From an uncultured Spirochaetota bacterium (GTDB lineage Bacteria; Spirochaetota; Spirochaetia; SZUA-6; CAVTHK01), in the NCBI GenBank assembly GCA_963734495.1, contig CAVTHK010000010.1, positions 224,001 to 288,000 of the forward strand: a DNA stretch of 64,000 bases. Direction: 5' to 3'. This document shows, piece after piece, positions 52,565 to 61,733 of this stretch. A model generated the notes under the pieces. It was not told the DNA's origin, did no database searches, and saw only the letters and a list, made by a program, of their open reading frames with translations. Positions within the stretch are counted from its first letter, which is position 1, and each line of letters starts with the position of its first letter. Made by a program: the position numbers and the translations under genes.

Positions 52565-53247
52565 CGGCGCCCGTCGCGGCCGAGCACGTGTCCAAGTCCT
52601 TTGTCGTCGGAGGGCAGGCGCAGCCGGTCCTCGAAGACTGCACGGTCCGCTTCGACGCGGGCCGGGTGTACCTCCTGCTCGGCCCGAGCGGCAGCGGCAA
52701 GACGACCCTGCTCACGATCCTCGCGGGGTTCCAACGCCCGTCGGCTGGGACCGTGTCGCTCTTCGGCAGGAGAGTCGAGGCCTATTCCCGCGCCGAGCTC
52801 CAGAAGCTGCGCGCGGGCCGGATCAGCTTCGTGTTCCAGAGCTTCCTGCTCGTCGACGCGAGGAGCGTCGGCTGGAACATCCTTTTTCCCGCCCGCTTCG
52901 CCGGGCTCGACAGGGCGGAGACCGCGGGCAGGGTGTCCGGGGTGCTGGAGCAGCTCGGAATTGCGGGCCGCGCGGGCGCGCGGGCCGGCGACCTGAGCCA
53001 CGGGGAGAAGCAGCGCGTCGTGATCGCCCGCGCCCTCGTCTACCGCAGCCCTCTGGTGCTCGCCGACGAGCCCACGGCCAGCATCGACTACGACCAGGGC
53101 CTCTTCGCGATGGCGCGTCTGCGCGGCCTCGCCCGAGACCACGGAAGCTGCGTGCTCGTGGCGAGCCACGACGCGAGGCTCGTGGAGTTTGCAGACACGG
53201 TGCTGCGCCTCGACGACCGGCGGCTCACCGTGGTGGACGGGCGCTGA
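52561..53247 (+). CDS. ABC transporter ATP-binding protein (LolD/MacB-like)
   Basis: GPSGSGKTT, FVFQ, LSHGEKQRV, LADEPT, SHD; GTGA overlap. Confidence 0.9.
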   Translation: MTAPVAAEHVSKSFVVGGQAQPVLEDCTVRFDAGRVYLLLGPSGSGKTTLLTILAGFQRPSAGTVSLFGRRVEAYSRAELQKLRAGRISFVFQSFLLVDARSVGWNILFPARFAGLDRAETAGRVSGVLEQLGIAGRAGARAGDLSHGEKQRVVIARALVYRSPLVLADEPTASIDYDQGLFAMARLRGLARDHGSCVLVASHDARLVEFADTVLRLDDRRLTVVDGR

Positions 53248-53268
53248 GGCGGCGTGTAGGATCGCGGC

Positions 53269-55755
53269 ATGGAACAACTGCCGCTTGCCGGCGTCTGGCG
53301 CATGCGCTCGACGGACGGCCGGTACGACCTTGCGTCGCTCATGCCCGGCTCGCTGTTTCTCGCCCTCGAGCAGCGCGGCGACTTCGGCCCCGAAGGGGCG
53401 TTCTACCGCGAGAACAACCGCCGCTGTCTCGAGGTCGCCGACCGCGACTTCGCGTTCAGCAGGCGCGTCGCCGTCTCCCCGGCCCTGCCGCGGGGCCGCG
53501 ACCGGCGCGTCTTTCTCGAGGCCGACGGCCTCGACACCCTCGCGACCCTTTCGCTGAACGGCGCCGAGGTCGGCCGCGCCGCCAACATGCACAGGAGGTG
53601 GCGCTTCGACGTCACGCGCAGCTTGCGCGACGGCGACAACGAGATCGGGATCCTCTTCGCGAACAGCCTCGAGCACGTGCGCCGCGCGCACGCGAAGCGC
53701 AACCTGTGGCACGCCTACTGGAATCAGCCGGACTACGCCTTTCAAGGCTTCAACACGATCCGAAAGAGCCACTGCAGCTACGGCTGGGACTGGGGCCCGA
53801 TCATCCCGGACGTGGGGATCTGGCGAGACATCCGCCTCGCGGCATACGACGGAGGCCGGATCGACGCCGTACACGTCGTGCAGGAGCACGAAAAGGGTGA
53901 AGTCACCCTGGCCATCACGCCCCGCCTCGAGGCGTGGGGGAGCGGCCGCTTCACGCTGCGCGCGACGCTCGCGCACCCCGACGGCCGGACGCAGAGCGCG
54001 GACGTCGCGGCCGACGGCACGACAAGACTGCAGGTGGAGCGGCCGCGGCTCTGGTGGCCCAACGGCCTGGGCCCCGACGACGGCCCGCGGCCGCTCTACC
54101 GCCTGCAGGTGACCCTGCTCCGCGACGGGAAAGAGGTGCACGACGTCAGCCTTCACCTTGGCCTCCGTACCCTCACCGTCAGGCGCGAGGCCGACAAGTG
54201 GGGAGAGTCGTTCGCGTTCGCGGTCAACGGCGAGCCCGTGTTCGCGCGCGGCGGCGACTACATACCGGAGGACGTGTTCCTGCCGCGGGTGACCCGCGAG
54301 CGCACCGAGCGGCTGCTGGACGACGCGGCGCGCGCCCACTTTAACTGCATCCGCGTGTGGGGCGGCGGCGTCTACCCATCGGACGACTTCTACGACCTCT
54401 GCGACCGGCGCGGATTGCTCGTGTGGCAGGACCTGATGTTCGCCTGCGCGCTCTACGACATGGACGATCCCTCGTTCGTCGCAAACATAGAGGCCGAAGT
54501 GCGCGACAATCTCGAGCGCATCCGCCACCACGCGAGCCTCGGACTCGTCTGCGGCAACAACGAGATGGAGCAGGGCTTCGAAGACTGGGGCTTTCCGCAC
54601 ACCAAACACAATCGCGCCGAGTACCTCCGGCAGTACCAGGTGTTGTTCCCGGACATCGTCCGCGAAGCGTGCCCCGAGGTGTTCTACTGGCCTTCGTCGG
54701 CTTCTTCGGGAGGCGACTTCGAGTCCCCGAACTCGCCCGACAAGGGCGACTGCCACTTCTGGGACGTGTGGCACAAGAACGTGGACTTCACGGAGTTCAA
54801 GAAGCACTATTTCCGGTTTATGAGCGAGTTCGGGTTCGAGAGCTTCCCGTCGATCAAGACGATCCGCACGTTCGCGACGGGCGACGACCTCGACATCTTT
54901 TCGCCCGTGATGGAGGACCACCAGCGCTGCCTCGGCGGAAACGGCAAGATCCTCGGCTACATCGCGCGCTACTTCCGATACCCGAAAGACCTCGACGCCC
55001 TGGTCTACGTCTCGCAGGTGAGCCAGGCCGACGCGCTGCGCCACGGCATCGAGCACTGGAGGCGCAACCGCGGCCGCTGCATGGGCTCGGTCTACTGGCA
55101 GCTCAACGACAACTGGCCGGTCGCCTCCTGGTCGAGCATCGATTACTTCGGCCGCTGGAAGGCGCTGCACTACGTGGCCGCGCGCGCGTACGACAACGTG
55201 CTCGTGTCCTGCGACGGCGACGAGCGGACCGCGTCTTTCCATGTCTCCAACGAGAGCGCGGCGCCCGTCGCCGGCACGCTGCGCTGGTCGCTCGTCGCGC
55301 TCGACGGGCGAGTCGTGGACGCTGGAAGCGCGCCCGCGGCGGTGCCCGCCTTTGCGTCGCGGGAGATCACGCGCCTGGACTACGGCGCGGGCGCCGGGGC
55401 CGGCTTTGCCCGCGAGCACCTGCTCAGCTTCCGGTTCGAAATGGATGGGGCGGGGCAACGGCACGGCGTGCACTGTTTTGCCCCGTACAAGTCGCTTTCG
55501 CTCCAGGAGCCGCGCATCAGACGGTCCGTGCGCGCCGAGGGAGGCGAGCTCGTCGTCAGCCTGAGCAGCGAGCGGCCGGCGCTCTTCGTCGAGGTCGACC
55601 TGGCCGAGGCGGACCGCGTCTTTTCCGACAACTACTTCGCTCTCGACGGCCACGAGGAACGCGTCGTGCGCTGCGAGGCGGGCTCCCTTGCGCCGGCCGA
55701 GCTCGAGAGGCAGCTTCGCGTGCGCTCGCTTTACGACGCAAGCCTGCATGGCTGA
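53269..55755 (+). CDS. GH2 beta-mannosidase (intact paralogue)
   Basis: GLDTLA, YGWDWGP, WWPNG, RVWGGG, WQDLMFAC, GNNE, SEFGFES, YWQLNDNWP, FSDNYF. Confidence 0.93.
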   Translation: MEQLPLAGVWRMRSTDGRYDLASLMPGSLFLALEQRGDFGPEGAFYRENNRRCLEVADRDFAFSRRVAVSPALPRGRDRRVFLEADGLDTLATLSLNGAEVGRAANMHRRWRFDVTRSLRDGDNEIGILFANSLEHVRRAHAKRNLWHAYWNQPDYAFQGFNTIRKSHCSYGWDWGPIIPDVGIWRDIRLAAYDGGRIDAVHVVQEHEKGEVTLAITPRLEAWGSGRFTLRATLAHPDGRTQSADVAADGTTRLQVERPRLWWPNGLGPDDGPRPLYRLQVTLLRDGKEVHDVSLHLGLRTLTVRREADKWGESFAFAVNGEPVFARGGDYIPEDVFLPRVTRERTERLLDDAARAHFNCIRVWGGGVYPSDDFYDLCDRRGLLVWQDLMFACALYDMDDPSFVANIEAEVRDNLERIRHHASLGLVCGNNEMEQGFEDWGFPHTKHNRAEYLRQYQVLFPDIVREACPEVFYWPSSASSGGDFESPNSPDKGDCHFWDVWHKNVDFTEFKKHYFRFMSEFGFESFPSIKTIRTFATGDDLDIFSPVMEDHQRCLGGNGKILGYIARYFRYPKDLDALVYVSQVSQADALRHGIEHWRRNRGRCMGSVYWQLNDNWPVASWSSIDYFGRWKALHYVAARAYDNVLVSCDGDERTASFHVSNESAAPVAGTLRWSLVALDGRVVDAGSAPAAVPAFASREITRLDYGAGAGAGFAREHLLSFRFEMDGAGQRHGVHCFAPYKSLSLQEPRIRRSVRAEGGELVVSLSSERPALFVEVDLAEADRVFSDNYFALDGHEERVVRCEAGSLAPAELERQLRVRSLYDASLHG

Positions 55756-56677
55756 CGCCGCGCTCCTCGGCTTCGACATCGGCGGGACCAAGTGCTCGGT
55801 GACGCTGGGCACGGCGGCCGGCGCGATCGTGGAGACGGCGCGCTTCCCGACCGCGGGCGGACCCGACGCGCTGCTCGCCCGGCTGGCGGGCGCCGCGCGC
55901 GAGCAGCGCGACCGCCACGGCCTCGCGGTCGCCGCCGCGGGCGTGAGCTGCGGCGGGCCGCTCGACTCCCGGCGCGGGCTCGTGCTCTCGCCGCCCAACC
56001 TGCCGGGATGGGACGAAGTGCCCGTAGTCGCGCGCCTGGAGGCGGCACTCGGCGTCCCCTGCTGCCTGGAAAACGATGCCAATGCGTGCGCGCTTGCCGA
56101 GGCGCGGCTCGGGGCCGGACGCGGCGCCTCGAGCGTCGTCTTCTGCACGATGGGCACCGGGTTCGGCGCCGGCCTCGTCCTCGACGGCCGGCTGTACCGC
56201 GGCGCCTGCGACGGCGCGGGCGAGATCGGGCACGTGCGGCTCACCGAAGGCGGCCCCGTGGGCTACGGCAAGGCCGGCTCGGTCGAAGGCTACGCAGGCG
56301 GGAGCGGCATCGCCGCGCTCGCGCGCCTGCGTCTCGGCGAAGATCTGGACGCGAAGCTCCTCGCCGGGCGCGCCGACGCCGGCGACCCGCGCTCGCTCGC
56401 CGTGTACGCCGAGGTCGGGCGCATGCTCGGCCGCGCGCTCGCGATCGTCGTCGACCTGCTCAACCCCGAGGTGATCGTCGTCGGCAGCATCTTCGTGCGG
56501 GCCGAGCGGCTGATCCGCCCCGCCATGGAGGCCGAGCTCGCGGCCGAAGCGCTGCCGGGAAACCTGGCCGCGTGCCGCGTGCTGCCCGCCGCCCTCGGCG
56601 AGCGGCTCGGCGAGCACGCCGCGCTCATGGTGGCGGCCGAGGGTCTGGCCCGCGGGCCTCAGCGCAGCCGGGCGTAG
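55748..56677 (+). CDS. ROK-family sugar kinase
   Basis: GFDIGGTK, GGPLD, ENDANACALAE, GTGFGAG, GEIGH; overlaps GH2 stop. Confidence 0.92.
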   Translation: MADAALLGFDIGGTKCSVTLGTAAGAIVETARFPTAGGPDALLARLAGAAREQRDRHGLAVAAAGVSCGGPLDSRRGLVLSPPNLPGWDEVPVVARLEAALGVPCCLENDANACALAEARLGAGRGASSVVFCTMGTGFGAGLVLDGRLYRGACDGAGEIGHVRLTEGGPVGYGKAGSVEGYAGGSGIAALARLRLGEDLDAKLLAGRADAGDPRSLAVYAEVGRMLGRALAIVVDLLNPEVIVVGSIFVRAERLIRPAMEAELAAEALPGNLAACRVLPAALGERLGEHAALMVAAEGLARGPQRSRA

Positions 56678-57414
56678 AGCCGCGCGGTGTTCTCGGCGAC
56701 CGCCTCCAGCACGGCCTCACGCGCGATGCCCCTGATGGAAGCGATCGCGTCCGCCGCGACCATCGCGTTCGCCGGCTCGTTGCGGTCGGCCGCGACCGGC
56801 CCCAAGACGGGGCTGTCGGTCTCCAGGAGCAGGCAGGAGAGCGGGAGGCGCTCGACCAGCTTCTCCTTCTGGCGGGAGCGCACGATCGACGGCGGCACGG
56901 AAAAGAAAAAGCCCGCCTCCACCGCGGGCAGGGCGGTCGCGGCCCTGCCGTCAAAGGCGTGCATCTGCACGCGCCCCGCGCCCGCCCGCAGCAGCAGGTC
57001 GATGGTCTCGCGGCCCGCCGAGCGCGAGTGCACGTTCAGCGGCAGCTCGAGCTCGGCCGCCAGCGCAACGAACATGCCGAATACGTCGCGCTGGACGTCG
57101 CGCGCCGCCTCGTCCTTCGCGACCCAGTAGTCGAGCCCGACCTCGCCGATGGCCGCCAGGCGTCCGCGCGCGGCCCGGATCGCGCCAACGGCTCGCGCGG
57201 CCTCCGCGTGGTCGGCGCGCCCCGGATGCAGGCCGCCGGCCGGCCGCAGCATGGGCAGCTCCGCGGCCAGCTCGAGGTTGCGTCCGATGTCGGCCGCGGT
57301 TTCGCTGACGGCGATCACCGCGTCGACGCCGGCTGCGCGCGCCCGCTCGAGGACCGCGGCGCGGTCCGCGTCGAAGGCGGGGTCGCACATGTGGGCATGG
57401 GTGTCGACGGTCAC
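56659..57414 (-). CDS. tatD: TatD-family hydrolase
   Basis: DTHAH, GLHP, IGEVGLDY, VHSR, MHAF, LETDSP, NEP. Confidence 0.9.
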   Translation of the reverse strand: MTVDTHAHMCDPAFDADRAAVLERARAAGVDAVIAVSETAADIGRNLELAAELPMLRPAGGLHPGRADHAEAARAVGAIRAARGRLAAIGEVGLDYWVAKDEAARDVQRDVFGMFVALAAELELPLNVHSRSAGRETIDLLLRAGAGRVQMHAFDGRAATALPAVEAGFFFSVPPSIVRSRQKEKLVERLPLSCLLLETDSPVLGPVAADRNEPANAMVAADAIASIRGIAREAVLEAVAENTARLYARLR

Positions 57415-57515
57415 GGCGCGCATTGTCTCCGCGGCGGGGCGGAGGGTCAACGCCGGGCCCCGCGCAAACGGGCGATCTGGACTGCGCGCGCCGGCGCCGC
57501 TATCCTTGGACCCGC

Positions 57516-58751
57516 ATGCGTGCGTGGCTGGTGCGCGCGGTGACCTTCATTCTATTCCTTGCCCATCCCGGAGCCGAGCCGGCGCATCCGGGCCTGGAGA
57601 CGCTGCTCGAGGGCCCCGTGGCGGAGCTCCGCGGCAAGCGCGTCGGTGTCGTCTGCAACCAGACGGCCGTCGACGCAAAGGGGCGGCACCTCGTCGACCT
57701 GCTGCTTCGCGCCCCGGGAGTCACGCTCGCCGCCATCTTCACGCCCGAGCACGGCTACCGGGGAGACAACCCCGACGGAGGGGATCCGCCGGGAGCCCGC
57801 GACCCGCTCACGGGGGTCCCCGTTTACAGCCTCTATGGCGCCGAGACGAAGCCGACCGCCGCCGCGCTCCGCGGGCTGGACGTGATCCTCTACGACATCC
57901 AGGACGTCGGCGCCCGCTTCTACACCTACATCGCCACCCTCGGCCTGTCGATGCAGGCCGCGGCGGAGCATGGCGTTGCGTTCTGGGTCCTCGACCGCCC
58001 CGACCCGATCACGGGGTCGGAGGTCGGCGGCCCGACGCTCGAGCCGGCGTTCGAGTCCTTCGTGGGCCCCTACCCGATCCCGGTCCGTTACGGGCTGACT
58101 GCGGGCGAGCTGGCGCTGATGGCCGCGGGCGAGCGCTGGATCGACCTTCCCGAAGGTTTCCGCCCGAGGGTCATACCGCTGCGCGGCTGGAGCCGGGGGC
58201 AGTGGATGGACGAGGCGGGCCTGCCCTGGGTGTCTCCTTCGCCTGACATGCTCACCCTCGCGACCGCGGCGCTGTACCCGGGGACCTGCTTGTTCGAGGG
58301 CACCAACGTCTCCGAGGGCCGGGGCACGGAGCGGCCCTTCGAATGGATCGGCGCGCCGTGGATCGACGGCGCGGCCCTGGCGGGCGATCTGCGGCAGCGG
58401 CGACTTCCCGGCGTGGACTTTGCCGCGGTCGACTTTGTCCCGAGGGCGATCCCGGGGCGGACGGCCGCGGTCAAATACCGCGACGTCGCATGCCACGGCG
58501 TCGAGATCCGCGTCACGGACCGCGGCCGGCTGGACCCGGTCGCCGTCGCCGTCCACGTCCTGCACGCGATCCGCGGCCTCTCCGGCGGGCTGTTCCAGTG
58601 GCGCGTACCGGGGATCGACGAGCTGTACGGCAGCGATCGGCTGCGCCGCGATCTCGACGCGGGCCGCTCGCCGGAGCAGATCATTGCGGGCTGGCGGCCG
58701 GGTCTGGCGGATTTCGCGCGCGCCCGGGAGCGGTACCTGCTGTACAAGTGA
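57516..58751 (+). CDS. Exo-beta-N-acetylmuramidase NamZ family (DUF1343)
   Basis: Signal peptide; GVVCNQT, TPEHG, VYSLYG, YDIQDVGARFYTY, LDRP, PSP, SEGRGT..PFE.IGAPW. Confidence 0.92.
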   Translation: MRAWLVRAVTFILFLAHPGAEPAHPGLETLLEGPVAELRGKRVGVVCNQTAVDAKGRHLVDLLLRAPGVTLAAIFTPEHGYRGDNPDGGDPPGARDPLTGVPVYSLYGAETKPTAAALRGLDVILYDIQDVGARFYTYIATLGLSMQAAAEHGVAFWVLDRPDPITGSEVGGPTLEPAFESFVGPYPIPVRYGLTAGELALMAAGERWIDLPEGFRPRVIPLRGWSRGQWMDEAGLPWVSPSPDMLTLATAALYPGTCLFEGTNVSEGRGTERPFEWIGAPWIDGAALAGDLRQRRLPGVDFAAVDFVPRAIPGRTAAVKYRDVACHGVEIRVTDRGRLDPVAVAVHVLHAIRGLSGGLFQWRVPGIDELYGSDRLRRDLDAGRSPEQIIAGWRPGLADFARARERYLLYK

Positions 58752-58811
58752 ACGGCGCGAGAGAGAAGCGCGGGGCGGCCGCCTTCAACTTCCTTCCAGA
58801 AGGCTTCTGAC

Positions 58812-59285
58812 TCAGGCGCCCCCGCGGCCGCCGCCTTGGACGCGCTCGATCGCGCGCAGCAGGTTCTGCGCCGTCTTCGCGCCGAACCCCTTGGTGGCCG
58901 CCACGCGGCCGTCGCGGCAGGCGGCGTCGAGCGCCGTGATCGAGTCGATGCCGAGCGCCAGGTGGAGCGCCCTCGCGCGCGCCGGGCCGAGGCCCGGGAT
59001 GCGGAGCATGTCGACGAGGCCCGGCGGCGTCTCGGACTTGAGCTGCTCGTACAGCCGGACGGGCTGCCCCGCGTGCAGCGCCTCGATCTTTTCGGCGAGG
59101 GCCTCGCCGATGCCTTCGATTTCCCGCAGCCTGCCGCCGGCGATGACCGCGGACAGGTCCTCGTCCAGCCCTCTCAGGGCCTCGGCCCCGCGCTCGTACG
59201 CCCGGATCTTGAAGGGGTTCTCGCCCTTGAGCGAGAGCATCTGCGCGATCTCTTGCAGGACGTGCGCGATCGCTTCGGTGTCCAC
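58812..59285 (-). CDS. Stand-alone DNA polymerase X N-terminal (8-kDa lyase + HhH) protein
   Basis: IA..L.EIA..L..KGENPFKIRAYERGA, IEGIGEALAEKI, IPGLGPARA, KGFGAKTAQNL, then stop; no palm or PHP domain. Confidence 0.85.
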   Translation of the reverse strand: MDTEAIAHVLQEIAQMLSLKGENPFKIRAYERGAEALRGLDEDLSAVIAGGRLREIEGIGEALAEKIEALHAGQPVRLYEQLKSETPPGLVDMLRIPGLGPARARALHLALGIDSITALDAACRDGRVAATKGFGAKTAQNLLRAIERVQGGGRGGA

Positions 59286-59328
59286 GCCTGTAGTTTCGGC
59301 ACGCGGGGGCGGCGCTGTCAACGCCGGC

Positions 59329-59385
59329 GCGGTCGCCTGTCGTCGCGGTCGCCTGTCGTCGCGGTCGCCTGTCGGCGCGGTCGCC
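59329..59385. repeat. 16-bp tandem repeat, about 3.5 copies
   Basis: GCGGTCGCCTGTCGTC at 59329 and 59345, variant at 59361, partial at 59377. Confidence 0.85.
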
Positions 59386-59429
59386 CTCGGTCGCCGGGCG
59401 AGCGCGAAGCCGCCGGGGGGCCGCGCGCC

Positions 59430-60188
59430 CTACCGGATGCCGAGGACCCTCTGCAGGTTTCCGCCCATGAAGAGGCCCATGTCCGCGGGCGGGACCTCGT
59501 CAGTCAGCCCGGCTTCGAACATCGCGCGCACGACGTGGATCTTGCGGAAGGGCCAGTCGGAGCCGAAGCAGACGCGCGATGCGCCCAGCGTGCGGATCGC
59601 GGCGAGGGCCTCGCGGTCGCCTGTCGCGCTGGCCACGAGGAGCATGTTGGGGCACTCCTCGGCGGCCTCGCACACCGCGCGGTGCATGTCCCAGCTGCTC
59701 ATGCCCATGTGGATCATCAGCACCGGCGTCTCGGGAAAGAGCTTCGCCACGCGCGCGGCCCGCGTCGGATGGGTGCGCTCGTAGGCGTCCGGACCGATGT
59801 GAAAGGCGATGGCCCGGCCGTGTCTCGCGATCTCCTCGGCGACGGGAAGCGCGACCTCGGGATCGTCGATGAAGAAGTTGTTCTGCGCCCCGTTGAGCTT
59901 TACGCCGGCGACTCCCCACTCTTCGGCGCAGCGCCGAACGAGGTCCTTGGCGTGCTGGACGCCCGCGCCCGGGTCAGCCCAGCCGAAGGGGATGAGCTTC
60001 TCGCGGTGCTCGCGCGCCGCACGCGCGACAAAGGCGTTGTGCTCCTCGACCTCCCGGCCCTTGTAGTGGTGCGGGCTGAGCCACACGAGCGCCTTGTCGA
60101 CGCCCGCGCGCTCGATCGCGGCAAGCTGATTCTCGAGCGAAAAATCGCCCCCCGCCGGCGAAATGTGCGTGTCACCATCGATGATCAC
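59430..60188 (-). CDS. Amidohydrolase_2 family metal-dependent hydrolase
   Basis: IIDGDTHI, GVKL, AFHIG, IHMG, FGSDWPF, GGNL. Confidence 0.9.
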   Translation of the reverse strand: MIIDGDTHISPAGGDFSLENQLAAIERAGVDKALVWLSPHHYKGREVEEHNAFVARAAREHREKLIPFGWADPGAGVQHAKDLVRRCAEEWGVAGVKLNGAQNNFFIDDPEVALPVAEEIARHGRAIAFHIGPDAYERTHPTRAARVAKLFPETPVLMIHMGMSSWDMHRAVCEAAEECPNMLLVASATGDREALAAIRTLGASRVCFGSDWPFRKIHVVRAMFEAGLTDEVPPADMGLFMGGNLQRVLGIR

Positions 60189-60315
60189 GAGGGCCTCCCT
60201 GCCGGCTCCGGACGCGCGACGGCGGCGCGACGACCGCCGCGTGCATACAGCGGCGTGCGGACACTGCGGCGTGCATGCTGCGCGCGAAGCATATCGTACT
60301 TATCTGATGACTGCT

Positions 60316-60399
60316 ATCATACGCGCGACGGGGTACCTGTCAATACGCTGTGTTGTCTCCGGTGGTCGATGACGTTAGACTGCAATGAGCAGACGTCTG
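60316..60399. promoter_or_regulatory. Divergent sigma70 promoters and candidate FadR-family operator
   Basis: Minus strand TTGACA-N16-TATGAT (60343-60316); plus strand TTGTCT-N17-TAGACT (60353-60381); palindrome CAGACGTCTG 60390-60399. Confidence 0.6.
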
Positions 60400-60417
60400 T
60401 TGATTGAAGGTGAAACC

Positions 60418-61128
60418 ATGGCAAGGACGACCAAGGCTTCGGGCGTGCTGAGTCGGCCGCTGGAGAAGGGCTCGGTGGTCAGGCTGGTCCTGGAGCGCAT
60501 CAGAGAAGCCATGCTGAACAGAGAGCTGCGACGCGGCGACTACATGCCGTCGGAGACGGAGCTCACCCGCAGCCTCGGCGTCGGCAAGACGAGCGTGCGC
60601 GAGGCGATCAAGATGCTCGAGGCGATGGGCATCGTGGAGGTGCGCCAGGGCCACGGCACGATCATCCGCGAGCAGCCGGGCGACGAGAGCCTCGGGCCCC
60701 TTGTCTTCCAGCTCATCCTCGAGCAGGCCACCAACCGCGACCTCCTCGAGCTGCGGAGGATGTTCGAGCCGGCCTACACCCTTGTCGCGATGCGGAAGGC
60801 CACGGACGAGGACATCGCCCGGCTGCGGGCCCAGGTGCAGGGGTTCGAAGAGCGCATCAAAGGGGGGACTCAGACCTCGGACGACGATCTCGCATTCCAC
60901 CGCATCGTGCTCGAATGCACGCGCAACCCCTTCATCATCCAGATCGGTACGACGATCCACCAGCTCTTCAAGAGCTCCATCGAGCGCAGCATGCGGACGA
61001 TCGCCGACGTCGCGCTCCAGGACCACAGCGCGATCCTCGAGGCGTTCGCCAGCCGCGACGCGCGCGCGCTCGAGGCGGCCGTCCTCCGCAGCTTCGAAGG
61101 CTGGCGCAGGAGCCTCGACGCGCAGTAG
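60418..61128 (+). CDS. GntR/FadR-family transcriptional regulator
   Basis: MPSETEL..LGVGKTSVREA..L...G..RQGHGT wHTH; FCD domain with E.R..FE, DLAFH, NP, DH. Confidence 0.93.
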   Translation: MARTTKASGVLSRPLEKGSVVRLVLERIREAMLNRELRRGDYMPSETELTRSLGVGKTSVREAIKMLEAMGIVEVRQGHGTIIREQPGDESLGPLVFQLILEQATNRDLLELRRMFEPAYTLVAMRKATDEDIARLRAQVQGFEERIKGGTQTSDDDLAFHRIVLECTRNPFIIQIGTTIHQLFKSSIERSMRTIADVALQDHSAILEAFASRDARALEAAVLRSFEGWRRSLDAQ

Positions 61129-61134
61129 CCGGGC

Positions 61135-61659
61135 CTATCCGGCGCGCGGCCGGTAACGCTGCCTGATCGCGCGGTGCACCTCCAGAAGCGCCGCGTGCGT
61201 CGCGGTGCCCGCGCCCATGTCCACCAGAACGTCCCGGCGGTTGCGCGAGAGCCACGCATACAGCCGCCTCGCGCCGTCCGCGTCGTTGGCTGCCGCCTGG
61301 GCGACCCGCGCGAGGGCGCGCATCTCGTCGAGGCTGAAAGCCTTGCGGGTATTGCCGATGCCGATGATGAACGAGCTCCTGCCCGCCCCCTCGTCGATCG
61401 TTACGGTCGCGTCGGCGGCGGGCGGAGCCGCCGGCCTGCCTCCCCGTCGGGCCCCGGCCTTGCGGCCGGCGCCCTTGGCGGCGCGCTCCCGGTTCAGCTC
61501 CGTGATGTCCTCGTTGATACGATCGACCTGCAGGTTGTGGATGATCGTCTGCGCCTGCCGGATGAGAAAGACCAGCCCGTCGTCGTCGACCTGGTCGAGC
61601 AGAGATAGAAGGTCCTTGCGGAGCCTGTCCCGCGGCCCCGCCTGCTTGCGTGCCACCAC
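61135..61659 (-). CDS. Hypothetical protein
   Basis: AAGGAGG+GTG, 174-aa ORF with coding-like composition, downstream of GH3. Confidence 0.7.
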   Translation of the reverse strand: MVARKQAGPRDRLRKDLLSLLDQVDDDGLVFLIRQAQTIIHNLQVDRINEDITELNRERAAKGAGRKAGARRGGRPAAPPAADATVTIDEGAGRSSFIIGIGNTRKAFSLDEMRALARVAQAAANDADGARRLYAWLSRNRRDVLVDMGAGTATHAALLEVHRAIRQRYRPRAG

Positions 61660-61733
61660 GTCCTCCTTGCGCGGCCCCTCCGCCGGGGCGGATGCCCGGG
61701 CCGGATGCCCGGGCGGAGGGAGCCGCCTGGCCG

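Noticed and set aside
52531-56244. 1237-aa minus-strand ORF and the many other long overlapping ORFs in the track
   Set aside because: Antisense or alternate-frame shadows of well-supported genes, expected at 70% GC; no recognisable motifs.
60239-60279. GCGGCGTGC direct repeats in the amidohydrolase leader
   Set aside because: Short and GC-rich, so plausible by chance in this genome; no supporting structure.
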